Shown: in pieces, positions 1-11,838 of the stretch
Layout of the letters: every line of letters begins with the position of its first letter
Numbering within the stretch: position 1 is the stretch's first letter
Assembly (NCBI GenBank): GCA_964016885.1
Contig: OZ024747.1
Coordinates: 87,606,001-87,670,000 of the forward strand
Length of the DNA: 64,000 bases
Direction of reading: 5' to 3'
Source of the DNA: Eledone cirrhosa
Taxonomy: Eukaryota
The notes under the pieces: model-generated
Database searches by the model: none
What the model saw: the letters and a program-made list of their open reading frames with translations, nothing else
What the model was told of the DNA's origin: nothing
Program-made: the position numbers and the translations under genes

Positions 1-25
1 GGCGCGCTGGTTTGAGACACATCGA
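1..25 (-). CDS. UBA6: UBA6 exon, partial (runs off the window start)
   Basis: polypyrimidine tract plus tag acceptor at 26-40; (S)RCVSNQRA continues the reading frame. Confidence 0.88.
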
Positions 26-899
26 CTAGTGGAAAAAGAGAAAAATCAAAGTAAGAAAAATATCATTAGATTTACAAACACACAACACTTACATACACAT
101 ACCACACACTTATATACACACATGACACACACACATATACACAATAGACCATATACCACACACACACACATATACACAATAGATCATATACCACACCCAA
201 ACACACATATATACATATAAACCATACACCACACATACTATTTCATCTCCTGGTTTAAGATTGTATAAAAGCAGGCAATGATCCACTAACAAGCCAATAC
301 AAATAACCAAAAATATATCAATGGTATTCTTCTTACATACTTCCACTTGTAGTTATCTCCTAATTGTCTAAATATACAGAATTAAGCTGAATACTCAAGA
401 TGATGGTAGATCCATAGATGCCACACTACACTCAATATAATAAATATATAGATTGAAGTAGAAGAATTAGCTAAGTCATTTTAGCATTGGATTAAAATAT
501 TTCAGAGTATTTGTTCTGGTTTTCTGCACTCTGAATTCATATCTTGCTGAGGTCAACTCTGCCTTTCAACCTTTTGGTGTTGGTAAATGATGTAGCAGCT
601 CAATGCAGTGGAGTTGTGGAACTGTTAGGATGTGATGGCAGATCCTTGTAGTAACTCTTTTGTCCCTTGGAATTCTGAGATCACCAGAGACATCATTGAT
701 TTGAAACTGTACTGGCCTTTGTCCTTCCCTTGGATAACATTGGGTATGGAGAAGGGAGACTTGGATGACTGCTGGCCTTACATAGAAAAACCCAGTCATG
801 GACTGCATGTTGTAGGAGATCTTTCCAAATGCAGACACATAATCAATCATAAGTGAAGGAGGCCTACCATGTAGACTGAAACATTATGTCAGTTAAAAC

Positions 900-1170
900 A
901 AACTAAATAGACTAAGATCTGGTGTTGGACGTGCAAAAGACACTCTTGCAAAATGTGGATATTTAAAGGATGGGGACATTGTGTGACTGTGGCATCAAAC
1001 CAAAGACTATGTGGTACCTCCTGATATGTCCCCTGCTGGAACACCTCTACACAACATTAGACTTGGCAGAGTTTAATGAGAAAGGACAGCAATATGTTCA
1101 ACTGTGGTGGAATCACATCTAGCCAAACTTTGTAATTGACACTCTTGTGGACACGACAAGAGGAAGAACA
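900..1170 (+). mobile_element. Decayed 3' end of a non-LTR retrotransposon (Ingi/Vingi-like)
   Basis: LNRLRSGVGRAKDTLAKCGYLKDG then a C/H-rich knuckle remnant; A-rich (GAA/CAA) tail; homologous to 29735-30130. Confidence 0.65.
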
Positions 1171-1288
1171 ACAACAACACCATGTGGTTGCTACAGGGGA
1201 GTTAATCAATACAAGTATATGTACAAAGAAAATATGATTATTTGGAAGATTTGTTTGAGAATAAGAAAATCTTGCTTTTCTTTCTTAC

Positions 1289-1394
1289 CTGTCCATATAG
1301 CGCCGTGCTTCAACATTGTCTAATGCATTAATGAGAACATCCTGGTTTTCAAAGAAAGCATCACTATAGATGGTGTATTCAGTCTGAGGACAGA
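1289..1394 (-). CDS. UBA6: UBA6 exon (106 nt)
   Basis: (V)[34 protein letters not shown](S); [10 protein letters not shown] motif. Confidence 0.96.
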
Positions 1395-1736
1395 CTAAAC
1401 AAGATATGAAAAAGTAGAAGAGAAATGTAAAAACAAAACAAAAAAAAAATAAGAAAGAGATTTTGTATTTTATTTACAAGTAAAAATATTTAGACATGAC
1501 AAAAGATTCGCATGAAAATATGGTGTACATCAAATGATGTTTCCAATGTTGATGGTAAAGAATTTTATGGAAGAGGTTATAATGATTGAATCAAATACAG
1601 TACATAACTGAACCTTATTTTATTCAATTCTGAAAAGATGAAATATAATGCCAAGCCTGGCATGATTTCAACTGTGAATAGATTTAACAAAATATCACAA
1701 AACATTTTGTCTGGTACTCTATTATATGTATATATA

Positions 1737-2352
1737 TGATGGACTCTCCCGTTGATTCGACATATGAAGGTTCAACAGCCTTTTCAGTTCATTGTTTTAT
1801 GTTTATACCTCAAATGGCACCTCAATCCAGCTGCTGATTTACACGTCAATCCGTATTTAGTGCAGGGGACAGGATCTTGAATAGAGCAGGCTGGAATGCT
1901 TGACCGGATTCTGGTGTTAGATCTTATCTCATGAAGGTGGGCTAAACGAGATTTCTCAAAGCTCTTTATACCTTCATGGCAGACGGTTCTCCATCTTTTA
2001 CAGTCATGGCTTCAAACGAAGAAAGAGGTACATTGACAGGTTAAAGATTGTACTTCAGTTTATCCTTATATCAGAGTATTGGCCTGGCTACACTATTCAC
2101 ACCATCCTGGAGCTGACTGTACAACAGTACCTCAGGTGTGTGATCCCCAGGCATCTGTAGAACATGACCAGCCCATCTGAGTTAGAATTGCATCAGAAAT
2201 GACTCAATCCCACCAATGTTGCACCTTGTGAACAGTTCAGCATTGGAGACTGTCAGAAAGTGCATATCCACAGACAGAGCGAAGACAGCGTTTGGGGAAG
2301 ACATCAAGCTTATGTATGTGAATGTGGTAAAGTGTCCATCGCTCAGAGTCAT
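1737..2352 (-). mobile_element. RTE-clade LINE 3' fragment (donor copy)
   Basis: interrupted frame with LRWAGHVLQMP, LLYSQL and a terminal zinc-finger remnant CKSAAGLRCH; TA-rich 3' end near 1737. Confidence 0.8.
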
Positions 2353-2357
2353 AAATA

Positions 2358-2541
2358 TATATCATCATCATTTAATTTTACGTCGGGTTTTCCCTGCTTG
2401 CAAGGGTGGGACGGGAACAGATTCTGGCTTGATTTCTACAGCTGGATGCCCTTCCTAGCACCAACCTCATTTACAGTGAGTGCTGGGTGCTTTTTTGCCG
2501 TGGCACCTCCACGACCACTTTGCAGTGAAATGATAGGGACC
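2358..2541 (-). mobile_element. SINE family A, head-truncated copy followed by (GATA)n
   Basis: near-identical to the body and tail of copies at 5445, 14020 and 15220; (GATA)n at 2553-2598. Confidence 0.85.
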
Positions 2542-2551
2542 ATATGGATGA

Positions 2552-2599
<48 letters not shown>

Positions 2600-2635
2600 C
2601 AATTCTAATAAGGTTTAAACTGATAAACTATTTAC

Positions 2636-2665
2636 CTTTATTTTGATGTGCTTCAATGTTCAGAG
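2636..2665 (-). CDS. UBA6: UBA6 short exon (30 nt)
   Basis: tttcag acceptor, gtaaat donor, phase 1-1; (A)LNIEAHQNK fills the gap between INP and VCP. Confidence 0.9.
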
Positions 2666-3985
2666 CTGAAATTGCAAAAATTAGAATTAGCCTCTCATTT
2701 TTATACCAACCATACAATTTGTAAACCCTAGTATCATTGGTTAATAGATTTGGTTAATGACTAGCTCACTAGATTTTGATGGTAAGAATGACAATGGTGT
2801 GTTTGGGTAACTTGGACAGATTAAATACCCCAAGGAATGTTTTTTTGTTTGTTCAATGCATCAGCTTACCTCTTTTCTTGCTGATGTATATATCTTTCAT
2901 TGATACACACACACACACACACATATATATATGTGTGTGTGTAAACACATAGATATGCACACATATATATATATATTTATATGTTTGTGCACATCTGGGT
3001 ACATCTACAAGGGGTTTCTTCACAGTTTCTGTCTAACAAATATAACTCACATGGCTTTCTTTGACTCAAGGGTAGGGTGGAAAACATTTAACCAAAGTGC
3101 TGCATAATGTGATTGAATCTAAAACCACATGGATGCAAAGTGAACTTCTTAACCACATAGTCATTCCTATACTTGAGGTAAAAATGCCTAAAAGAGATAA
3201 CCCACATTATATTTAACACTTTTTATCCCAAACCACATGAAACCTCAGCTTGTTCTATAATACATCATCATCATTTAATGTCTGCTTTTATTGCTATTGT
3301 TAATGATGATGATGTATCACAAACCAGTAGAAAGCTTTCAATCATAATTTTATGTAATAACCTTTAAGTTACACTACAAACATTAGTTTAATAATGAGAA
3401 AGTTAGTTATTAAATCCCTCCAAAATCTTGACTATTTTCAAAATTAAATGAAAATCATAAGTAGTGTTTTTCATTAGAAATATGCTAACAAGATGGTTAA
3501 ATGGCTTTCATGTCAAGCGTTTTTAAAAAATAGTTCTTGAAAAAAAACCCTACAAGGATCAAGAAGTTCACATTAATCTAGAAGAATGTCACAACCCAAA
3601 CTAAGAATGGATCCAAGATTTCTCATCCAAAAGAAAGGAAAGGAGCTGCTTATCAGATCAGACCAAGAAAACTATGTTTCCATAGGCCTTTCTATCGCTG
3701 ATACTATCTGTCAGTCACAACCCCTGGCTGATGATAGGAGGTATGATTTTAACTCAGAATGCACACAGCCAGAACAGATATAGCAAAACATCATGTCCAA
3801 TTCTTAACAAGTACCCCTGGACTGGTATTTTGTTTACTGAAACCAAAAGGATGGAAAGCAAAGTTGACCTTGGCAAGATTTAATCTCAAAGTACAGAAAG
3901 CTGGAAATAATACCCTGGTATTTAATTTGATACTCTATCAATTCATCACCTGATTCTTATCCAATGTGAAATGTTAAGAACTTAC

Positions 3986-4034
3986 CAGGGTTTATTTCTA
4001 AGACAGAATTGGCTGCTGTTGTACTCTTCGGTTG
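3986..4034 (-). CDS. UBA6: UBA6 exon (49 nt)
   Basis: follows a 91-nt intron; QPKSTTAANSVLEINP; gtaagt donor. Confidence 0.93.
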
Positions 4035-4125
4035 CTACAAGAGAAAACAGTAGAAAGATATTTAGAATTAAAGATACAGTTTAAAACTGTAAAACAGCAA
4101 GAATTTTTAATGAAAAATTACTTAC

Positions 4126-4203
4126 TCTAATATGATGAGGCCGGAAAAGAAACTGTCGGTTTAAATTTGATTTTTCAATCAAATCATTATCTGTGATTGT
4201 AAT
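4126..4203 (-). CDS. UBA6: UBA6 exon (78 nt)
   Basis: ITITDNDLIEKSNLNRQFLFRPHHIR; FLFRPHHI is UBA6-like (UBA1 has FLFRPWDV). Confidence 0.96.
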
Positions 4204-5014
4204 CTAGAAAATAAAAAGTCAAGACATTTAAAATAATAGATTAAGATATGAGAGTGTTGTAATTTGCTTGAAGCATTCTGTAAAGTGTAGAAAAAGGTGT
4301 TTTATTGAAAGGCTACCACAATGCAAACCAGACCTTAATTGTTAAAAATATAACAAAGATGTTGGGATGTTTCCTTGCAGTTATTTATTGGTCCTTATAT
4401 TTCAGGATATTATACGTTCCTCAAAAGAATATCAGATATATTTTATTCTTAAAATATTAATTCTTTTTTCTTTAATTTTGCTTTCATCTTAGCATAAGTT
4501 GCAAGATTCCTCAAATATAAATAGTCATAGCCAACAAGAACAATGCATTTTAAAACTGACTCTTTTAGCAAATAATAAACACATCAACATGAAAAGGGAA
4601 TGGTAGTAATTGTTTAGTTAAATTATTATTACTTTCAATATTGAACTATGAAGTTCATTAACAGATTTTAGTTATATATAACATATACAGCACAGTTTCC
4701 GTTTAGCAAATTTTATTCACAAATTACTGATCAACCCAGGGCTATTATAGAAGACACTTGTCGAAGATGGTACTCAGTGGGATCAAACCTGGAATCCTGA
4801 AATTGTAAAGTGAGCTTCTTAACCACACAGCAAACTGACACACATTGACTGGTGTGTCTTTGCTATTATTAGGGAGTGACTTTAACATGAGATCAATTTT
4901 TACAATAATATACAGCAATTTATATAGTGTAAGAATATATTTCTCTGTGTATTTGATACATATTAACAATTCCCTGTATTTTAAAGTTGAGTAATATAGA
5001 ATAACTTCACAAAC

Positions 5015-5092
5015 CAATCCGTTGCCTTCGGTTGCTAAACCAAGTAAAGCAAAGTTTTTCAACATTTCACATCCTATTGCTCCACATCCAAC
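5015..5092 (-). CDS. UBA6: UBA6 exon (78 nt), ATP-binding GxGxxG loop
   Basis: VGCGAIGCEMLKNFALLGLATEGNGL; GCEMLKNFALLG resembles UBA6 rather than UBA1 (GCELLKNFAMIG). Confidence 0.96.
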
Positions 5093-5439
5093 CTAAAAGA
5101 AAATGAAATAATCCAACATCAGTAAAGTAACATAACTAGCAGATGACATGTACAGTTAGAAGATGATTCTATTCAGATGAGGAGGAGGAGGATTTCTTTA
5201 TTGGGTTCAAGATCATAATGTGGAGGGAACAACATTTTACAACAAAATGCATAATTACAAAAAAGAAAAAAACAACAACAAAACAGCAAGAAAACAGAGA
5301 ATTAAGAGAAACCAAAATAACAGCAGAAAGGCAGAACAAGCAGGATAGGCTAAGTTGACCTAGGCAGGGTTTGAATTCAGGAGGTAAAGCAGTTTGCCTG
5401 ATCTAACAATTCTACCAATCCACCACCATAACATTTTTT

Positions 5440-5700
5440 CATTTCATTTCATTTCATTTTACGTCTGCTTTTCCATGCTTGCAAGGGTGGGACGGGAACT
5501 GATTCTGGCTTGATTTCTACAGCTGGATGCCCTTCCTAACACCAACCTCATTTACAGTGAGTGCTGGGTGCTTTTTTTCCGTGGCACCTCCACGACCACT
5601 TTGCGGTGGAATGATAGGGACCCCAGTCCCTATCATCTCATTTCTACAGCTGAGTAAACTGGAGCAATGTGAAATAAAGTGTCTTGTCCAAGGAAACAAC
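5440..5700 (-). mobile_element. SINE family A, truncated copy
   Basis: same body as 14020-14437; ends 28 nt from the exon donor at 5728. Confidence 0.85.
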
Positions 5701-5728
5701 AGTTGTTCTTATTATGTATGTTACTCAC

Positions 5729-5807
5729 CATAAACAAATGAATCTTCTGTAGTTTCTGTAAGGTATCTTCTCCAATACACAATCTTAACAGATCATAACG
5801 GTCATTT
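5729..5807 (-). CDS. UBA6: UBA6 exon (79 nt)
   Basis: cctag acceptor, gtgagt donor; NDRYDLLRLCIGEDTLQKLQKIHLFM. Confidence 0.94.
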
Positions 5808-6547
5808 CTAGGAGACAACAAAAATTAAACTTTACACATTATTTTATAATTTGAGATAAACATTACAACAATGTTTTGCAAAGAAATAACCTTTTCTTCT
5901 CCTGTTAAAGAAACAATTCAATATCAGACCATTTGTTCTAAGTACTGGTTTCAGGCTGCTCAAGCAGTCACAGCTTAATTTGCTCAATATAGAAATCAAA
6001 TTTCTCTCAACAAACTCCCTGGCTATCTTTAAAATAAATGCATCCAGACTCACATTATTCAATGTAGTTTTCTTTTTTGTGGTGATAGGATGCCATTTGA
6101 AGGAGATTTTGCCGAGTCCTATTCTAAGCAGGACAAATGATTGCAAAGGAAACTCCCTTGCTGTTGTCTGTGTTTATAGTCTTATATAGATACATTATTT
6201 AAATCATTAAAAAAAATTTTTTTTTTAAATTAAAGAACTCTGGCAAGTAACAGATATTGGGGGTTAATAAGAATGATTACTCTTTTTGATATCGAACCAC
6301 ATAAAACAGCCCCTATGATACAAAAAGTTTGTTTTAAAGTGTTTATTTAAAAACCTTCCTTTATAATTTTATGCAAGAACCTTTGTTAAATTATATTCCA
6401 AACACCACCTTAATAATGAGAAATTTAGTAACATTACTAAATTGCCCACAATTTATTATTTTCAAAATTATTTGAAAATTATATGTGGTGTTTTTCATGG
6501 TAACAATAGAGGCTAAAAATATTGAATGAAATCCACTGAAAACCTAC

Positions 6548-6609
6548 TTTTGATGGAAGTTGTCATCAATGGCATCTTCTAAAATCACATCTGTTACATC
6601 CAAATACAG
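6548..6609 (-). CDS. UBA6: UBA6 exon (62 nt)
   Basis: tacag acceptor, gtaggt donor; LYLDVTDVILEDAIDDNFHQ(K). Confidence 0.9.
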
Positions 6610-7724
6610 CTGTAAAGAAGAAACCCACAAAATACATTTAATAAAATTATTACAAAGTTTGGCTAGACGATGATATTTCATTCTTTACAAAGATAACAAA
6701 GTTAAGAGGACTTGCCCAAGATGTCAGACAATGATACATCACCAGCTTTTGGAACATTATAGGTAGACACTCTAATTGACAATAATTCTAAGGTGGAGTT
6801 TCAGAATAAGCCATAATTTTTTTCTAAATCTGAGGATGAACCATTGAAAAGTATGGGTGTAGCACCTTTGGTGCCCCTTCTGTAATGGTATCAGGATTGC
6901 AAAGTGAACTTCTTAATGGCGACAAGGAAGGTCGCTTGACCACGTCTTGACCAAACAAAATATAATATTTTCACCAAAAACTGCCCTTTAAACACATGTC
7001 AGATGGATTACAATATTCATTATTACAATTACTTTGACTGTTCCCTGACAACTAGTACCAGTTTCAAGATAGAATTATCTTAACGAAGTATATACAATTT
7101 GACTTGATTTTCCCCCAACAAACCACGTGTGGACATGGACGGGGAAATAAGGAAAAAAAAACAAAACAAATCACTACATCCCTTAAGGATCGCAGTAAGT
7201 ACTCCACAAAACATATAAACAACAATATACACACAGATTTATATACAGATATATACCATATGCATATACACACACGTGAAAAGAAACCACACTATTTCGT
7301 GTGAGACACTATACCGGCCAATTTTACCAATTTACATTGGTAAAATATTTCTTAACATTGACTTCGCTTCTAACCCACATACACCTTTTAATTATATATA
7401 TATACTAGCAGCTGAAAGTTAATAATTTGAAAAAAAAAATATTATTGAAAGTTTATTATAAAGAAGCAGTATCAGGGGGTAAAAAACAAAACAAAAAAAA
7501 ACGTTATTTCGCTGTTAATAAACAACTGCCTTCTACAGTACGTTTCATTTAACTTACGCAGCATATTTATTTGTTTACATGCACAGACTCTTCTGTACAC
7601 ACACAACATTTAGGAAAACGGAAACAAAATACACAAAAAAACGAAACAAAAAAACAGACATTTTATTTCTATCGTAATCAAGTGTGCTAAACCTATATTG
7701 TTTACATTCTGTGTTTTTCTACGG

Positions 7725-8957
7725 ATGGGTAGAAATAACAAAATTGCCATGGTGATATCCATCGATGAAGTATGCGACAAAACTGGTCGATGTCCCAAAA
7801 TAGAACATTGCCCGGAAGATCACACCTGCCATATCCGTACGGAACCCGAAAACTCGTTCCGTAATCGTTGGGTCGAATGTGGAACCTGTCGCATCTCTGT
7901 CTGCCTTCAATGCGCCACAGGCTTCCGGAAGATCCCAGGCCAAAATAAGAAACATCATATTGCTACGATGGATAGACTCTGGGAGATGGTCCAGCTAACA
8001 AACTGGTCCTTTCAGTGCCTGGACTGTATGCCTGCTTCTCCCATTGCTGCGGAACAACAACAACAAAGACCGAAGATCGTGTCTTCTACCATTGTTCCTG
8101 AACAACAACAACAAAAACCGAGGATCGTGTCTTCCTCTACCATTGTCCCTGAACAACACCAAAAACCAACGACCGTAGCTTCTGCTACTACCCCCGTTGA
8201 AGGACTTCATCAACAACAGCAACCCATGTCTTCCTCACCCGTTACTTTTCAACAACAACAACCGACGACTGTGTCTTCTACCATGCCTCTTGAAGGAGAA
8301 GAACAACAACAAAAACCGACCGTCAATACGGAGTTTGAGGAAATACGGCAAATGATTTCCGCTTTAAGTCAAGAAATAGCGGAAATAAAATTAAGCGTTC
8401 GTGTAGAACCCCACAATGAGGGATCTTACTGGAGTGCCTTGTTAAAAAATCTCCGCGTACCTCATGTTGAACCTAGACGCATTGAGAATGCCACTGAATC
8501 TGCAAACCACGAAGTGATTGCCATTGGTGTGCCGGAAGACATAGTTGATCTTCAGGCATTTGCTGCCAGTTCATCCAAAGACCTGGGCTGTGCTCCCGCA
8601 AAGGGTGCTCTACGCCTTGGCCGACCAGGCCCGAAACCCAGGTTAATTAGACTGTCGTTTTCAAACTCAACTGAGGCACTTTCATACCTTGTAGCCTCTG
8701 ATAAAGCTAGGTGTGAAAGTCGGATTGCTTTCCAAACACGTCCTGGTCTTCCACCTGATGTCCACCCAAAGTTGCGTGCTGCAGCTTCCCTAAACCACAG
8801 CTCGGCAGAACATGAAAGCTTCATCCTACGAGATGATGGGCAGATATGGAAGTTTGTTAAGGCTGGCGAATCATGGAAAAGAGACACCAGCTGGTCTGAA
8901 AACACTGTACCCACAACAACTGACAATAAAGAAACTGAAAAAACTCTGGGAAACTAA
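7725..8957 (+). CDS. LINE ORF1 protein: PHD-like Cys/His finger, Q/T-rich repeats, coiled coil, probable RRM-like C-terminus
   Basis: intact ORF of about 410 codons; WVECGTC-x4-CLQC...FQCLDC; EFEEIRQMISALSQEIAEIK; RLGRPGPKPRLIRLSF; ends GN*. Confidence 0.85.
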   Translation: MGRNNKIAMVISIDEVCDKTGRCPKIEHCPEDHTCHIRTEPENSFRNRWVECGTCRISVCLQCATGFRKIPGQNKKHHIATMDRLWEMVQLTNWSFQCLDCMPASPIAAEQQQQRPKIVSSTIVPEQQQQKPRIVSSSTIVPEQHQKPTTVASATTPVEGLHQQQQPMSSSPVTFQQQQPTTVSSTMPLEGEEQQQKPTVNTEFEEIRQMISALSQEIAEIKLSVRVEPHNEGSYWSALLKNLRVPHVEPRRIENATESANHEVIAIGVPEDIVDLQAFAASSSKDLGCAPAKGALRLGRPGPKPRLIRLSFSNSTEALSYLVASDKARCESRIAFQTRPGLPPDVHPKLRAAASLNHSSAEHESFILRDDGQIWKFVKAGESWKRDTSWSENTVPTTTDNKETEKTLGN

Positions 8958-9013
8958 ATCAGAACAACCTGCCATCCCCTGCACATAATCATAGACTGGA
9001 ATCAAAGTACAAA

Positions 9014-11838
9014 TTGTTGTCCTTGAATGCACGTAGTCTATGCAATAAGATTCATCTTTTTGACTCCTACGTCAAAAGTATCAACCCGGACTTCATTACA
9101 GTCACGGAAACTTGGGCACATCCCTTACTCTGTGATGAGGTTTTCAGCATGACTGGCTACAACCTGTTTCGTAAAGACCGTATTAATCGTTGTGGTGGTG
9201 GTGTAATGGTCTACATTCGGTCAAATCTGTTGGCAATTCCTTGTGCTGATTTGAACCAATCACAGCAGGAAGTTTTTTTCTGCGATATACGTATGACCAT
9301 GTCAACACTGCTACTTGGAGTCGTTTACCGTCCCCCAAATTACCATCAGGACACTCAACTTTGTGATATCCTCAGAGCTGCTGCCAGGAAGACAGCCACT
9401 TATGTTTTCATTGCAGGTGACTTCAATTACCCTGAGATTGACTGGGAGACCTTTCGTTGGCCGCCAAGTGCAAATGACTTCCTTGAGCTGGTGCTGGACT
9501 CGAGTTGGTCCCAGGTGGTCACCTCCCCAACGAGAGGTGACAACACTTTGGACCTACTCTTCACCACTACTCCTGAAACAGCTGGTGCTGGACTCGAGTT
9601 GGTCCCAGGTGGTCACCTCCCCAACGAGAGGTGACAACACTTTGGACCTACTCTTCACCACTACTCCTGAAACGGTCATTAGTGTTACTGCTGAGGAACC
9701 TTTAGGTGACTCTGATCATGCTATGATCATTGCCAATCTATCCCTCATGGGCAGTAACAAGAACCACAACCATCTCCAAACTGCTCACTTTGACTGGAAT
9801 AAAGCAGACTGGAACTGTTACTGCACCGGCCAAACTGGCTTGAGTTCTACGACTCTGGAGATGTCAACACTACTCCAGAACATCCTGAGCTCAATATGGA
9901 CATCATGTGCAGCATCGGTGCCACGTAAGCGGAAAAAACATCCCAAAAGCGCAATTTGGGAGACTGCAGCAGTCCGTCTTGCCAGAAAAGAACGGCGCAA
10001 TGCTGAACGCGAGTACAAACTTCACAAATCAGACATTAATAGGAAGAGGCGAAATAGATCGTCCAACCACCTCAAACAGGTGACAAAAAAGGCAGTGCTT
10101 CAATTTGAGCAGCGCATAGCAACCAGCCCTGACAGTAAGGTGTTCTGGAAGTATGTTCACTCAAAGCAGAGGCCTCACTCTCCAGTTGGTCCTCATCGCA
10201 ATCCCCACACAAGCCAGGTTACTGACGTCCCCAAGGAATGCGCAGAGCTCATTGCTGAATGCTATGCAGGCATTTTCACTATTGAAGACCAGAGTGTACC
10301 ATCTCCACCACCTATGACACCGGACTCTATTACAACCATGGAATTTACACCTGCAATGCTGCGACGTCACCTAAAAAATAAACGCAACCATGCCTCTCCT
10401 GGTCTTGATGGTGTTACGTACCTGCTTCCTTCTACACCAGTTATCACGCTTCTTCCAATTCTGTCTGAACAACAGTGCTACTCCAGAACAGTGGAAAACT
10501 GCCAGTGTCATTCCTCTGTTCAAAAAGGGTGACCGCACATCACCTGTGAACTATCGTCCAGTCAGTCTTACTAGTTGCATCGCCAAACTGATGGAATCTT
10601 GTGTCAGAGAAACACTTTGGAACTTCTGGAGCTCTCACAGTCTTATCCGGCCCTCGCAATTTGGATTTATCCCCAACACCAGCTGCTGTGATCAACTTAT
10701 AGAGTTTCTTGAGGACATCACCCGGATCACTGATGGCGGTTCATGGGTGGATGTTCTTTACCTTGACTTTGCGAAGGCCTTCAATTCTGTGCCACACAAA
10801 AGGCTTATGGCAAAACTCTCTGCAATGGGTGTGAAGGATGATCTTTTTAACTGGTTGAAGTCCTTCATTCTCAGTCGAAGAGAGGTAGTCACGGTTCTGG
10901 GACAGCATTCCTCACCATATGAGATGTCATCTGGTGTACCACAGGGATCTGTTCTTGGCCCCCTTTTGTTTGTGGCATATATTAATGACATAGATGCCAA
11001 CTTAAGGAATGCCACAGTACTAAAGTACGCAGACGACATCAAGCTGTACCTTGAGATAAAAAGGACAGATCCTGAACACTATAGATCTTGCTTGCAGTCT
11101 GACCTGGACACAATGCAACAGTGGATCTCAGACTGGCAACTCAAGCTAGCTGTGGACAAGTGCACCACCATGCATTTTGGGAGTAAAAACCCAGCGTCCA
11201 CATACTCCCTTCACAGCACTAATATCAAGAAGTCTTCCTGTGAACGTGACCTGGGCATTACGGTCAGCAGCGATTTGCGTTGGATGAGGCACGTCTCTAA
11301 AATTGTCAAGAGGGCCGAGGGTGTCTTAGCATCACTCAGCAAGACCTTTGTCAGCCGCTCTCCAGATATCTATTTAAGGCTGTATACAGCTATGGTGCGA
11401 CCACACTTAGAATTTGCATCACCAGTCTGGAACCCCTATCTTGCTCAGGACATTGACCGCCTGGAAACTGTTCAGAGACGTGCAACCAAGCGAATACCCT
11501 CCATCAGGCATCTACCATACTCTGAGCGCCTTGCTTCCCTGGGCATGGATTCATTGAAGCTCCGACGCCTGGCAACTGACTTGGTAAACACCCACAAAAT
11601 TGTTAACCATGTTGCCAACAACAACCCTGAGTACCTTTTCGATTTCCATGTGTCTAACACACGTGGACATGCCCACAAAGTAAGAAAACAGCACAGTTCC
11701 CATGACTTTCGGAAACATTTTTTCACGCTCAGAGTTGCTGAAGCATGGAACAAACTACCTGCATCAGTTGTTAGCTGTCGAGACACTGCATCCTTTAAGG
11801 CCTCCATGCTTCCCGAGATCCGCGAACAGAACAGCTAA
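9014..11838 (+). pseudogene. LINE ORF2 (AP endonuclease plus reverse transcriptase), frameshifted
   Basis: APE motifs LNARSL, TETW, YRPP, GDFN, SDH; RT motifs YRPVSLTS, QFGF, LDFAKAF, GVPQGSVLGPLLF, YADD; C-terminal TRGH...VAEAWNKLP; split over three ORFs. Confidence 0.93.

Noticed and set aside
5844-6189. 100-aa and 69-aa intronic ORFs
   Set aside because: No recognisable motifs; probably decayed repeat sequence.
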